Part shown: positions 1 through 16,813 of the stretch, piece after piece | How the letters are laid out: every line of letters begins with the position of its first letter | Position numbering within the stretch: position 1 is the stretch's first letter | Source of the DNA: the human T2T-CHM13v2.0 reference genome, Homo sapiens | DNA length: 64,000 nucleotides | Strand: one strand, 5' to 3' | Assembly (NCBI RefSeq): GCF_009914755.1 | Contig: NC_060928.1 | Notes under the pieces: generated by a model | Seen by the model: the letters and a program-made list of their open reading frames with translations, nothing else | The model's database searches: none | What the model was told of the DNA's origin: nothing | Position numbers and translations under genes: made by a program

Positions 1-1500
1 AGCTTGAATAACCAAGGCAATTCTAAGCAAAAATAACAAAGCAGGAGACATCACACTAATCGAATTCAAACTATACTATAGGGCTACAGTAACCAGAACA
101 CCATGGTACTGGTACGAAAGCAGATGCATAGACCAAGGGAACAGAATCAAGAGCCCAGAAATAAAGCAGCACACCTACAACCATCTGATATTCGACAAGG
201 CTGACAAAAGTAAGCAATAAGGAAAGTACTCCCTATTCAACAAATGGTGTTGGGATAACTGGGTAGCCATATGCAGAAGACTGAAAGTGGGACCCTTTCT
301 TACACCACACGCAAAATCAAATCACAATGGATTCAGAACTTATATGTAAAACCCAAAACTATAACAATCCTGGAAAATAGCCCAGGCAATACCATTCTGG
401 ACATAGGAACTGGCAAATATTTCATGACGAAGATGCCAAAAACAATGACAGCAAAAACAAAAATTGACAAATAGGATCTGATTAAAGAGCTTCTGCACAA
501 CAAAATAAATTATCAACAGAGCAAACAGACAGCTTACAGAATGGGAGAACATATTTGCAAACTATGCATCTGACAAGTTCTAATAACCAGTATTTACAAG
601 GAACTTAAACAAATTTACAACAAAAAACCAAACAACCCCTTTAAAAAGTAGGCAAAAGACATAAACAGATGCTTTTCAAAAGAAGACATATATAGGGCCA
701 ACAAGCATGTGAAATAAAAGCTCAATATCACTGATCATTAGAGAAATGCAAATCAAAATCACAATGAGATACCATCTCACACCAGTCAGAATGGCTATTA
801 TTAAATAGTCATTTAAAAAAATAACAGATGCTGGCAAGGTTGTGGAGAGAAGGGAACACTTATACACTGTTACTGGGAGTGTAAGTTAGTTCAACCATTG
901 TGGAAAGCAGTGTGGCAATTCCTCAAAGAGCTAGAAACAGAACTACTATTTGACCCAGAAATTCTGTTACTGAGTATATACCCAAAGGAATATAAATTGT
1001 TCTATCATAAAGGCACATGCACATGTATGTTCATCGCAGCACTGTTCATGATAGTAAAGACATGGAATCAACCTAAATGCACATCAATGGTAGACTGGAT
1101 AAAGAAAATGTAGTACATATACACCACGGAATACCATGCAGCTATGAAAAATAATGAGATCATGTCCTTTGGAAGCAGATGGACAGAGCTGGAGGCCATT
1201 ATCCTTACCAAACTATTGCAGGAAGAGAAAACCAAAGACCACATGTTCTTACTTATAAGTAGGAGCTAAATGAGACACAAAGAGAGGAACAACACATTCT
1301 GGGGCGTTCCTGAGGGTGGAGGGTGGGAGGAGGGAAAGGATCAGAAAAAATAACTATTGGCTACTAGGCTTTGTACCTGGATGGCCAAATAATCTGTACA
1401 ACAAACACCCATGACATGAGATTACCAATGGAACAAACCTGCACATGTACCCCTGAGCTTCAAATAAAAGTTCAGAAACAGACAAAACCAAACAAAAACC
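1..1500 (+). mobile_element. LINE-1 3' portion (older primate L1PA13-16/L1PB-like): degraded ORF2 C-terminus, 3' UTR and A-rich tail
   Basis: ORF fragments match the ORF2 C-terminus ([14 protein letters not shown]). 3'UTR motif 'aatctgtacaacaaacacccatgaca...gcacatgtacccctgagcttcaaataaaagtt' is followed by an A-rich tail. Confidence 0.92.
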
Positions 1501-3539
1501 AAATTAGCCCTAGCATTTGTGGAGGCATACATACTATATTCCTCAATATTTACATGTTTAAAGTTAACAAATTATTGAGTAAAATGTTTTATCATCCTAC
1601 ATTGACAAAATTATATTTATAACATTTTTAAATGTGAAGAACTATGTTACATTTAAATAGCTGCAAGTTAGTAAATGTAAAAGATGATTTATTTTAATTA
1701 TGCTTGGCATGTCTGGCCTTCTAGTGATAGGCCAGTGATGTTTGAATGGTATAAAGCAAAGATATATATAATGAATACATTATTATATATTTATTTCATA
1801 AGCATTTTTTTCTTCATTTTAGAAAAATTGCTAATTATGTTATAATCAATATTTTCATTTAATTTGTATTGACAGCATGCTAAATGAGAGGACATTGCTT
1901 GATTTATTAAAACTTTTTGATAGATTTTAAAATTAATTTTAATTGGCCAAACTATCACTCTGCTGAAACAATAACATCTGGAATTTTTAATGAAATTCTT
2001 AAAGCAATACTTGATTTAGTAATGGACCATGAATTTTACATATCATGTTTGAGCATTGGTTTGCATATGATAAACTAATATTACCCCATGAGATTTTACA
2101 AAACATTTAAAATTTCATTGCTATCACTTATGTTGTAATTTATAGTCTTTTAAGTAAGATCTAATCTGTATACTAATGTAAAAAACTGATAGCACAGTCA
2201 ACTGATGCTATATCTAGATTTATATATTCAGTTATGTAATATTGAAAATTGTTCCTCAGCCACCATGTACAACTTGGTGATTATCATGCTAATTTATGAG
2301 TATTTTCAGAACCACAAATGAAACACACACACAAAAACAGAAATGTTCACTTTAGGCACTACTGGGATTTTGGGGGGCGTTTTGTTGTTGTTGTTATGCA
2401 AGAAACTATTACATTGCCCTTGTTTCAGAATTGCCTTGTAGATATGTGATGCTGTCAACAAATAGTTCTATTTCTAAACAAAGAAGTATATTTTTAGGTC
2501 GTAAGAAACAAAGCCAAATCTCTAGTTTGTTAGATTCTAATGATAGAAGGAAAAGGCAGATACCTTAAAAGATCACAGATATTTGAAATCATAAATTGAA
2601 CACACATACCTGCCTACCAATAAGATATAAAGATACCATAAATTGTTGATGTTAATTTGTAATTAAATAACATTTTTTAGAAAAACTTTACTTAAAATAG
2701 TCTTAAATGTACATAATAATGCCAAATTTCTATGACTCAAAAATATTTACAACCGCCATTTTCAATACAAGTGAAACTCATGAATCATTATAAGAGCAAA
2801 ATATTGATTTAGCAAGGAGTAGTCTGTTGAATATTAAGAAATAATTAATATTCAGGAAGTTTTTATTGACAACTCTGTGGCAGAATCTCAATATAAACAA
2901 GATATAGATGATTTTAAATCAACCTCCCCCACACATATATATACATGCAAAGCATGGCAATGTATTTTATTGCTAACTTGTGAGATCTATTTTGTTACTT
3001 CATTGATACCCATTCATATACTTACTTTTGGATTTTTTTTAATTAGAAGTTAGGATGAAGGAATTAATTGAGTTCTAAAAATCCCTAACTCTCTACCTTG
3101 TTTAACATACTTAGACTTAAACAGTGAAACTCAATAGCCTTCTGGGCTTTTGATGAACAAAGAGCTATCAGTTTATAGAGCAAAAATAGAACCTGTCCCT
3201 GAACAACCAATTATATTCAGTAACTTAATGACTATTTGAGTACATATCATATGCCAGCCACTGTTCTACACATTGATTTACAACAATGAACAAAAGCAAA
3301 GCATCCTACCTTCAAGGAGCTTACATTCTAGAAATGGAATGGAGTGGGGGTGGGGGTGTAGAGAGCAAATATATCAGTAAATTATGTGGAATGCATGAGG
3401 ATAAATACTATGAGGAAAATAAATTAGGATAAAGGAATGGGAGTGCTGGGCAGAGGTTGCAGTTTTAAAGGGATTGTCAGAGAAGAACTTACTGAGAAAA
3501 TGACATGAGTCATAAAAGAGGTTATTTTTAAAAACTTTT

Positions 3540-5800
<2,261 letters not shown>

Positions 5801-7179
5801 TGTCTGGCTCTGCTCCACCTAATGTTTTTAAGACTGAATTGCTCAAAAAAAGAAAGGGAAATGGAGGGAAAGGGCAAGTGAAGGGGAGGGGATGGGAAAG
5901 AGAAAGCTGAGTTTTATTATATTTTAATAAAAATAATACATGTATGTCACAGCACTATGCCAGTCTGGAATCAGCCTTCAATTTGAACCAGACTCCAACT
6001 TTTGTTTCTAAGCCTCTGAGAAAAATAGTTGCCATGAACCTCAATCTCCTGCATGATTGCAAATGTGTAGAATCACTCCACCAACAAATATTTATGTAGT
6101 TTCTATGAAGACACAGAAAAGTCACTATTGATAAAGCTTTTCATATTTCAAAAGGATTTCCTCATATAATAACACATTAAGTAATGTTTATACTACTGAA
6201 TGAGCCATCTATAAAAGGCAAAGTGAGGACCCATTTACTTTATTTTTCAAGACAGAAAAGTGCAAAATGCACACCTTAAAATGTTTCAAAAAATGGCTGA
6301 CAATTAATTTTGTGCTTACATTTTAGTTATCTGGAAAATTCACACATGGAAAAACTCCATTTCATTTACCTAGTGTCACTGGAAAATAAAGTGCTATTGC
6401 ATGTATTAAAGCCAAACTAAACTCAAGGTCCTAGACTGTAATGGCCTCCAGCCATTTGCTGGATCTTGGGGTAGTCACTGTAATATTCAGGACCTTTAGT
6501 TTCCTCACCCATAAAATTAGAGTTAGTCTAAACTCAAAGATAATTGCCAACTCTAAAATTCTATGACTTAAGGCAGAAAAACATACCGGCTTTTTATCTC
6601 CTAAAAAAGTTTAAAATATATATAAATCAGTAAAGGATAAAGTACCTATATGTTGTATTAGGAATTGCCCTGTGGAGCAAAAGGCACTGATTAGAAATGA
6701 ATCGAATCATAAGATGCCCACACAAGTCTAAGAATAAGGTGTGGTTTTCTCTTAACTGGTAGTACATTTAAATAATGGAACATGGAGTCCATAAGTAACG
6801 GATTTACCATTTGTGACCTACATTAGCTATTGGAGATTAGCTGTTGGAATTTCCCAGAAGGTAATTTCCCACTACTGCTTCTTTTTCCCAATGTATGGTC
6901 TACTAGAAGGCACACTAGACTATGAATCAGAACAGTAACTAACATTTGATTTGTATATTACATCTACTATAATTATCTGTCACCCCAATTTCCCCCTTCT
7001 TGCTTCAAGTCCATTTATGTAAGCTGGCTGCTCAAGGATATCACTCTAAGGTTTAGAGGTTTGGGTTTATTTTTCCCCGACTTAAACCAATCATATTTTC
7101 TCACTTGAGATGTTGAAGCAAAGAATACTGAAACTTATTTAGATATAAGTGGAAATCGAAAGACTACATTTAAAATTGT

Positions 7180-7750
7180 TTCAGGAACCTCCAAACTACT
7201 TTCCACAATGGCTGCACCACTTTGCTCTCCCACCAACGGTGCACACAAGGGTTTCAGTTTCTCCAAATACCTGCTAACACATGTCTTGAAAAAAAATTGT
7301 AGCCTTTCTGACAGATGTGAGGTAATATCTTATTGTCATTTTGATTTGCTTTTCTCTAATAACTAGTGACACTGAGCATTTTTTCCTATGCCTGTTGGCC
7401 ATTTATATGTCTTCTTTGGAGAAATGTCCATTCAAGTTCTTTGCCCATTTTTAATTGTTTGTTTTTTTACCATTGAGTTGTAGGAGTTATTTGTATATTT
7501 TGGAGATTAACCCCTCATCAGATATATGGGTTGCAAATACTTTCTCCACTTCCACACGTTGCCTGTTTATTCCACTAATTCTTTCTTTTGCTGTGCAGGA
7601 GTTTTTAGTTTGATGCAGTCCCACTTGGTTACTTTTGTTTTTGTTGCCTGTGCTTTTGGTCTCATATCCACGAAATTCATGGATCAACTATCACGGAGCT
7701 TTTCTCTTATATTTTCTTCTAGGAGTTTTACAGTCTTGGGTCTTATGATT
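7180..7750 (-). mobile_element. L1 ORF2 3' fragment (L1M/L1PB-like)
   Basis: Minus ORF ends 'FATHISDEGLISKIYK', homologous to ORF2. Confidence 0.8.
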
Positions 7751-7924
7751 CTTCCTTGTTATTGTCTTTAAAATAATTTTTTTATATTTAAATTTTTAAA
7801 TATTTTATTATAGTATAATAAAACATTTGTATTACACTATTATAATAACATAATTGATAGTAATATCTAAAACATTTTAGTGTCTATAAAGATAAACATA
7901 CATTTTACAGTGTTTAGGATACTT

Positions 7925-8430
7925 TTTCCCCTAGCTTTATTCAGATATATTTGACAAATAAATATTGTATATATTTAAGGCATACAATATGATGTTTTGA
8001 TATACATAGACATTGCAAAATGATTGCTATAATCAGGCTAATACAACACCTCACATAGTTACATTTTTTCCCTGTGGCCACCTAAGATCTGCTCTTAGCA
8101 AACTTCAAGTATACAATACAGTATTATTAACTTTAGTCACTATGATTTACATTAGCTCTCCAGAATTTATGCATCCTGAATGCCTGAAGTTTTGTACCCC
8201 TTTAACCAACATCTCCCCATTTCCCTTGCTTTCCCGCTCTGCCAACCACCATTCTGCTCTCTGCTTTTATGAGTTCAATATTTTTATTTTTTGTGTTTTT
8301 CTTTCTTTATTTACTTTTTTGTGTGTGAGTTCAATTTTTAAAGAATCTACATATAAATGAGATCATGCAGTAATTGTCTTTCTGTGTCTGGTTTATTTCA
8401 CTTAGCATAATATCCTTTAGGTTCAATTCA
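7925..8430 (-). mobile_element. L1MA-like 3' end
   Basis: Motifs 'atatttaaggcatacaatatgatgtttt' and 'ctgtgtctggtttatttcacttagcataat'. Confidence 0.7.
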
Positions 8431-8466
8431 GGTCTTATGTTTAATAAGTCTTTAATCCAATAATCC

Positions 8467-8831
8467 TGCTGTTATGATCTGAATGTTTATGTCTCTCCCA
8501 AATTCATATGTTGAAATTCTCACCCCCAAGGTGACAGCATTAAGAGATGGGGCCTTTGGGAGGTGATTAGGTCACGAGGGCAGAGCCCTTATGAATGAAA
8601 TTAGTGCCCTTATAAAAGAGGCCAGAGAGAGATTCTTCACTCCTCCTACCATGTGATGCTAAAGTCTATGGTAGCTATCCATAAGCAAGTAGGCCCTTAT
8701 CAGACACTGAATCTGCCAACATCTTGATCTTGTACTTCCCATTCTCCAGAACTGTGAGAAATAAATTTCTGTTGTTCATAGGCCATTGAGTCTGTGGTAT
8801 TTTGTTACAGCAGCCTGAACAGACTAAGACA
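8467..8831 (+). mobile_element. MaLR solo LTR (MLT1A0/MST-like)
   Basis: 'aaattcatatgttgaaattctcacccccaaggtga...aataaatttctgttg...agcagcctgaacagactaagaca'. Confidence 0.8.
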
Positions 8832-8835
8832 CTGT

Positions 8836-9275
8836 CTTCAATGTATTTATCCAAAAGAACTGAAATCAAAAGCAATATCCTGAAGCACTCCTATGTTCAT
8901 TGCAGCACTATTCACAATACCCACGATGTGAAAACAACCTAAACGTCTATGGACAGATGAATGTATAAAGACAATGTGGCATATGCATACAATAGGATAC
9001 TTTCAGCCTTAAAAAGGAAGGAAATTCTTCTGGCTGCCAGAGGCCAGCAGGATTGGGAGCATAGCAGGGTGAAATGTGGAGTTACTAATCAACCAGCATA
9101 AAGTTTCAGTTAAGCAAGATCAATAAGCTCTACAGATCCACTGTATAATTTGTACCTACAATCAATAATAATGTATGTACACATAAACATTGGTACAAAG
9201 GTAGATCTTATGTTAAGCATTCTTACCACAATAAAATAAAATTTAAAAAATAATTTGACAAAGAAAAAAAAGAAA
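8836..9275 (+). mobile_element. L1MA-like 3' end
   Basis: 'atgttcattgcagcactattcacaata...aaacaacctaaa' and an A-rich end. Confidence 0.7.
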
Positions 9276-9373
9276 AAGACTACATTAAGAGATCTTAACA
9301 GGTAGATGTGGGAAATGACGGGTCACATGCATGCTTTGATTATTGGTTGCAGATAAACTAAAAAAGTTGAGGA

Positions 9374-9846
<473 letters not shown>

Positions 9847-10480
9847 GTTGAGGAGAGAGGTGAAAGGAAATGAGGAAAATACAAGTACATGATCTCAATT
9901 TGCTTTCACAGCTACTGTGGAGTAGTAGTAACATATTCTTACCACCAACTGCAATTTACAAATTAAGAGACTCATACTTAGGTAAATGACTGATTTTTCA
10001 AAGATTATATGGCTAATTACTGCTACAGTCATTTTTGAACCTTAATGTTTTGACCTAAACTAGTTCTTTTTCTACTGCACTGCGCTGATAGTACTGGCTC
10101 TGCCATTAGTTAGCATGACCTCGGGAAAGTCCATTAAGTTCTCTGAGTCTCAGTTTTTAGGTCTGCAAAGTGGGGTTAAAATATGAGCCTTATCCTATTT
10201 AATAGGATTAATACTACATATCTTATTTTTTATTGTGTTTTATAGTTTGTAAAAGGTCACTGATGTGTGATTTCATAAAATTTCTTACAAAAGTACTGTA
10301 AGAATCAAATGAGCATGTATTGCTAAGAGAATAGATTTTACGTTATGTATTCTTATAAAATAATAATAATAACAAAGAGGGTAGGAGGAAACTATTAGAG
10401 GTGATAGATGTGTTCATGGCATAGATTGTGGTGATGGTTTCACAGGTGCATACTTATCTCGAAAGTCACCAAGTTATATA

Positions 10481-10766
10481 TAGTCATTTGTCGTTGTGGT
10501 AGGTGGAGGGATGGTTCCAGAACCCCCCCAACCCCTAGTGGATACCAAAATCTGAGAATGCTCAAGTCCTTTATATAAAATGACATAATATTTGTATATA
10601 ACCTATGCACATGCTCCTGTATCCTTTAAATTATCTCGAAATTACTTATAATACCTAATATAAAAATGCTATGTAAATAGTTGTTATACTGTATTGTTTT
10701 AATTTGTATTATTTCTTATTGTTGTATTTTTAAAAATATGTGGGACCTACAGGGAGGGCCAACTGC
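10481..10766. mobile_element. MER2 (TcMar-Tigger) inside an old L1 3' fragment (~10310-10820)
   Basis: 'ggttccagaacccccc...gataccaaaatc...gctcaagtcctttatataaaatg'. Confidence 0.75.
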
Positions 10767-11344
10767 ACATTAATATGTACAGCTTTTTGCATGTTAATCA
10801 TAACTTAATAAAGTGGTTTTAAAAAATCAATGTGAAAGCAGTTGCACAGTAATTATCATCTGACTCTGCTTCCATATACTCCTTCACATCCCTGAAGTTG
10901 TTGAAATTCTCGAGATTTTAGTTAAGATTTAAAGGTTGCCTGGGGAGAAATTTCAAATGGACTCCATAGCCTCTGATAATACTTACAACGAAATAAAAGC
11001 ATAATAAGAATTTTATAATCTGCAAAGTCCAAATCTCAAACAGCCTTTTAGGACTATTAATAATCTATCCACCATGACATAACATTCATCTAAACATCCT
11101 CCAACTTTATCATCCCCAGGCCTAAGTGAATTCTTCCTTTATGTAGTCCTGTTTGGGGGTTCTATGAATGGTCACTTCTGTGCCTGTGTCTTGACACATG
11201 CAGCCTCCCCTGCCTAGAATACACTCTTTGTGTTCTCTATCTTTCCAGGATAGGTAAGATCTGACCTCCATCTGATTTCTAACTACACCAGTCTCCATTC
11301 ATAGTTTCTGTTCTCTAATCTCCATTAGTTCTTATTGTCTATAG

Positions 11345-11515
11345 CAGGGGTCAGCAAACCATGCCCCCAAGCCTACTTTTGTAAATAAAGTTTTATTATA
11401 ACTTACCTATGGCCATTTTCACACTACAAATGCAGAGTTGAGTAGTAACAACAGAAAGCATATGGCATATAAAGCCTCAAATATGTACTATATAGAAAGA
11501 GTTTGCTAACTCCTA
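11345..11515. mobile_element. MER58A-like hAT element
   Basis: 'caggggtcagcaaac...tttgtaaataaagtttta...gtttgctaactcct'. Confidence 0.75.
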
Positions 11516-12243
11516 GTTTATAGCATATAAAAACCTGAATTGGCATGATGGAGAAAGCACATTGTGTTTTTGAAATTATTTATTATTTACAGTAAGTTTT
11601 AAGGATAGCAAGTTGAATGAGTATTTTATTGCTATCCCTTTCAGATGCAATTTAGAAATTCTACTAAAAGATGAAAATGACAAAAATATTTTAGTGTCAT
11701 AGCAATGATAGCTCATCAGAACCAAATAATATAATATTACACAAGTATTATGCAATAGAATAACTAAGGTAAGGTAAAGGTGAGGGTTAAATAGCAAAAG
11801 GTAACTCTTAGCAGGACACATCAACGACACCTACTGAACAGAGAAAGCTGAAGATCACAATCAGGACAATAACCTAGTGCCTACTGTTACTGCAAGCAGA
11901 GCCAAACATCATACAGATTGATAATCAATCAAGGCTGTTAGGGTCTGCAGGAAATAGCTCCTTATTTGTGGTGAGGATGAATGTTAAGGAAGAGCAATTT
12001 CTGACTATTAGGAAAGCACTGGATTGCATGGAGAGTACTTGTGCGTTCTGTCAAATGGCACCAGCTGAGAAGCACTGGTCTATAGACTCCTTGTTTGTAA
12101 GCAATATTTTCCCACCTATACCGTCTATTTAAGGCTATGAACAAAGCCACATACTTTCACCATTCACATTATTATAAGGGATAGTGTTTCCTTATTATGT
12201 GTTAAGGCTAAACTGACACTTGATCCCACCCTCCTATGTAACT

Positions 12244-12413
12244 TTATTATTATTATTATTATTTTATGAGATAGGGTATCACTCTGTTGCCCAGGCTGGC
12301 GTGCAGTGATGTAATGATAGCTCACTGCAACCTTGAACTTCTGGGATAATGTAATCCTTTCACCTCAGCCTCCCTACGCACTGGGGTCATAGGCATGAGC
12401 CACCATGCTCGGC
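12244..12413 (-). mobile_element. FLAM/AluJ monomer with (TTA)n tail
   Basis: Reverse Alu monomer sequence. Confidence 0.8.
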
Positions 12414-12879
12414 TCTTTTTTTTCTATAGAACAGTTTCAAGGAAAGATTATTTCCCATGGAAACAAATATGGTCCCCCAGCTATTAACTTGAGAGAACTC
12501 TTCAAATGTTACTGAATAAAAGTTTTTAAAAATGAAGTGTCCTTTCTAAATTTCTTCATGAGTCCTGGTAGAAAGCTTTTACTGTCCTCCTCCTCCATAA
12601 ATATACATTAAAATGTAACTTCATAATTATAAAAATTTTAAATAATTTAGGCATTTATGCCTTTTGAGAATTTAATTTTTAGTTATGCATAAAGATGATC
12701 ATTTCCTTCACACTTGACAGCTGCCTTTCTACTTATTTTAGTAATAAATTATTTCAAATTCAAGTGATATTTTAAAGAAAAAAATTATTTAAAAACTTAG
12801 GCTACATGGAGAAGATGCCCTTATGGAGTTGGGACGTGATTTCTAATTTCATGAAACTAAAGGTAAATGATTGATTTAT

Positions 12880-13380
12880 TTTTTTAGCTTTTAAAAACAA
12901 CTGTGGTAAAGTATACATAATATAAAATTTACCATTTTAACCATCTTTATGTGTACGGTTCAGTGGCATTAAGTACATTTACATTGCTCTGCAACCATCA
13001 ATACTATCTGTCTCCAGAACTTTTTCTTCTTTCCAAACTGAAACTCCATTATCTGCTAAAAAATAGCTCCCCATTCCTACTTCCCCCAGCCCCTGGCAAC
13101 CCATTCTGTCTGTCTCTATAAATCTGACTACTCTAGATACATCATAGAAGTAGAATACTTGTCTTTTTGTGTCTGATTTATTTCACTTAGCATAACACCT
13201 TCAAGTTTCTCCATTTTGGAACATGGGTCAGAATGTCATTCCTTTTTAAGGCTAAATAATATTCCATTGTATGTATATACGACATTTTGTTTATCCATTC
13301 ATCTGTGATGGACATTTGAGTTGCTTCTACCTTTTGTTTTTTGTCACAACAATGCTGCTGTGAACATTGGTGTATAGATA
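12880..13380 (-). mobile_element. L1MB-like 3' end
   Basis: 'ataaaatttaccattttaaccat...cagtggcattaagtacatt'. Confidence 0.75.
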
Positions 13381-13432
13381 ACAGATAAGTCTGATGGTTT
13401 TGTTTTGTTTTGTTTTTATTGAAAAAGCTCTC

Positions 13433-14980
<1,548 letters not shown>

Positions 14981-15427
14981 AAAAAGCCCTCTTATTTAAT
15001 GAATATTTATAGACTGCCTAATACTTAGTAGATACTGTGCTAGGTGCTGGGTACACACTGTTGATCTTAGAGCTTATCATTATGCCTTTTTTATTTCTTG
15101 GATGTATGGGGCCCATATCGTTGGAACCTAGGTTAATAACAAAAACTAATCAGCAGTTATTATGACATAGCTATTCAGCAATCCAAATGCATAATGCCAA
15201 TTTTAATGTATTTGGGGATTAAAAGTGAAATATACAGAAAATATTTTCTCATAAACTATTAAAAATCATATTGCAGAGGTTTAACATTTAAATGATTATG
15301 CACTTTTTGAAAGCAGCACCTTCTTTTAGTTATACAAAGCATGTTTCCTTTGTTTTAACAAAACACTCTCATCTGAAAATTCTCTTGGGAATGGAAGGAA
15401 CACGTACATCTAGCCTGTGAGGCAGTG

Positions 15428-15494
15428 ATTGGTTGCTTTTTCACTTCATACTAAGCAGAGTGATAAGAAAGAAGAAAAAAGTCTCCACGGCAAC
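15428..15494. promoter_or_regulatory. Candidate RFX X-box with inverted CCAAT
   Basis: GTCTCCACGGCAAC at 15481-94 and ATTGG at 15428-32. Motif match only. Confidence 0.25.
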
Positions 15495-16522
15495 CACTTT
15501 GATCATTAAAGTTTACATTAAAAGGAGAGAACTAAATCTTGCTTGAACGTTACTCTCCTTTGCTAGGTTCTCTGGCAAGTCATTTTGCCTCTCTAAACCT
15601 GTTTCCCAGGGATAGTAAATACTCTATCTACTTTGCAGAGGTGTTTCAAGAATGAAATAACTCATATGAGGGTATTTTGTGACTCAAGCGCTACACCAAT
15701 GTAAGGGTTTTAAAAAGTTGTTATTTTGCTAACATGCCCAGATATTAAATTCTAATAGCTACAAAGAAATGCCAAAATCTCTCAACATCCTGCTGTTTCT
15801 TAAAGAATTTAATCTAAGTTGTAAAAAGCTTTCCCCAGTGGAATTCAGGAAAGCTATTTTGAGTTAAAAAAAAATGTGTCCTACAAATTTTTTTTCCCCT
15901 GAATTGGGCCATGTGCTGAAAAGTTTTTTCTCTATCATGCAGTGAAGCACATGGCTCCCTTCACAGATCACACACAAACCCTTGTGACACAGAAGGCCTC
16001 CCGCCACACTCTATTCCACTTCCACAGCTTCTACTAACTCATCCTAGTTCTGCCCCTATACACACACAGAATATCCCTAATTAAATGCTCCTCAAATATT
16101 TAAAGAAGGTTATCAAGTCCTTTGGCTATGACCTTTTCTCTGGAAAAACTAGGTTTTCAAAAATTTTACCCATTGTATATTTAAATTTTTTATTTTCTCT
16201 ATTTCTCATAGTGTCTAGAGTGGAGCCCAATATTCTAGATACAGTATGAATATTAAAGGAAAAAAATCACTTTCCTTATGCTGAGCCTTATGCTCCTATT
16301 AATATGTTCTAGGTTCATATTAAAGTTTTAATTAAAATCTTGGCTTTTTTTTTTAAAACAAGAACTGATAGTTGAGCCATATTTTACTTATTCCTTTTTC
16401 TTATAATGGCTTTTTAAGGTTCCGCTGCAAGAGTTTCATCTATTCTATTCTTTGTAGATTTTGTCCTATCAGATGCGAAACTGAAAGATTATACAGAAAA
16501 CATTTTTGATTCCCAGTTTTGC

Positions 16523-16813
16523 TTTTTTTTTTTTTTTTTGAGACAGAGTCTTGCTGTCGCCCAGGCTGGAGTCCAGTTGTGCCATCTCTGCTCACTGCAA
16601 CCTCTGCCTCAGCCTCCCGAGTAGCTGGGATTATAGGTGTCTGCGGGATTATAGGTGCCTGCCACCATGCCCAGCTAATTTTTGTATTTTTTTAGTAGAG
16701 ATGGAGTTTCACCACGTTGGCCAGGCTAGTCTCCAACTCCTGACCTCAGGTGATCCACCTGCCTCGGCCTCCAAAAGTGCTGGGATTACAGGTGTGAGCC
16801 ACCGTGCCCAGCC
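16523..16813 (-). mobile_element. AluS with an internal deletion and a short duplication
   Basis: Reverse Alu. 'gggattataggtg' is duplicated and part of the right arm is missing. Confidence 0.88.

Noticed and set aside
12801-12862. Small exon-like segment ending AAG|gtaaat
   Set aside because: The acceptor lacks a polypyrimidine tract, and no partner exons or recognisable peptide were found.
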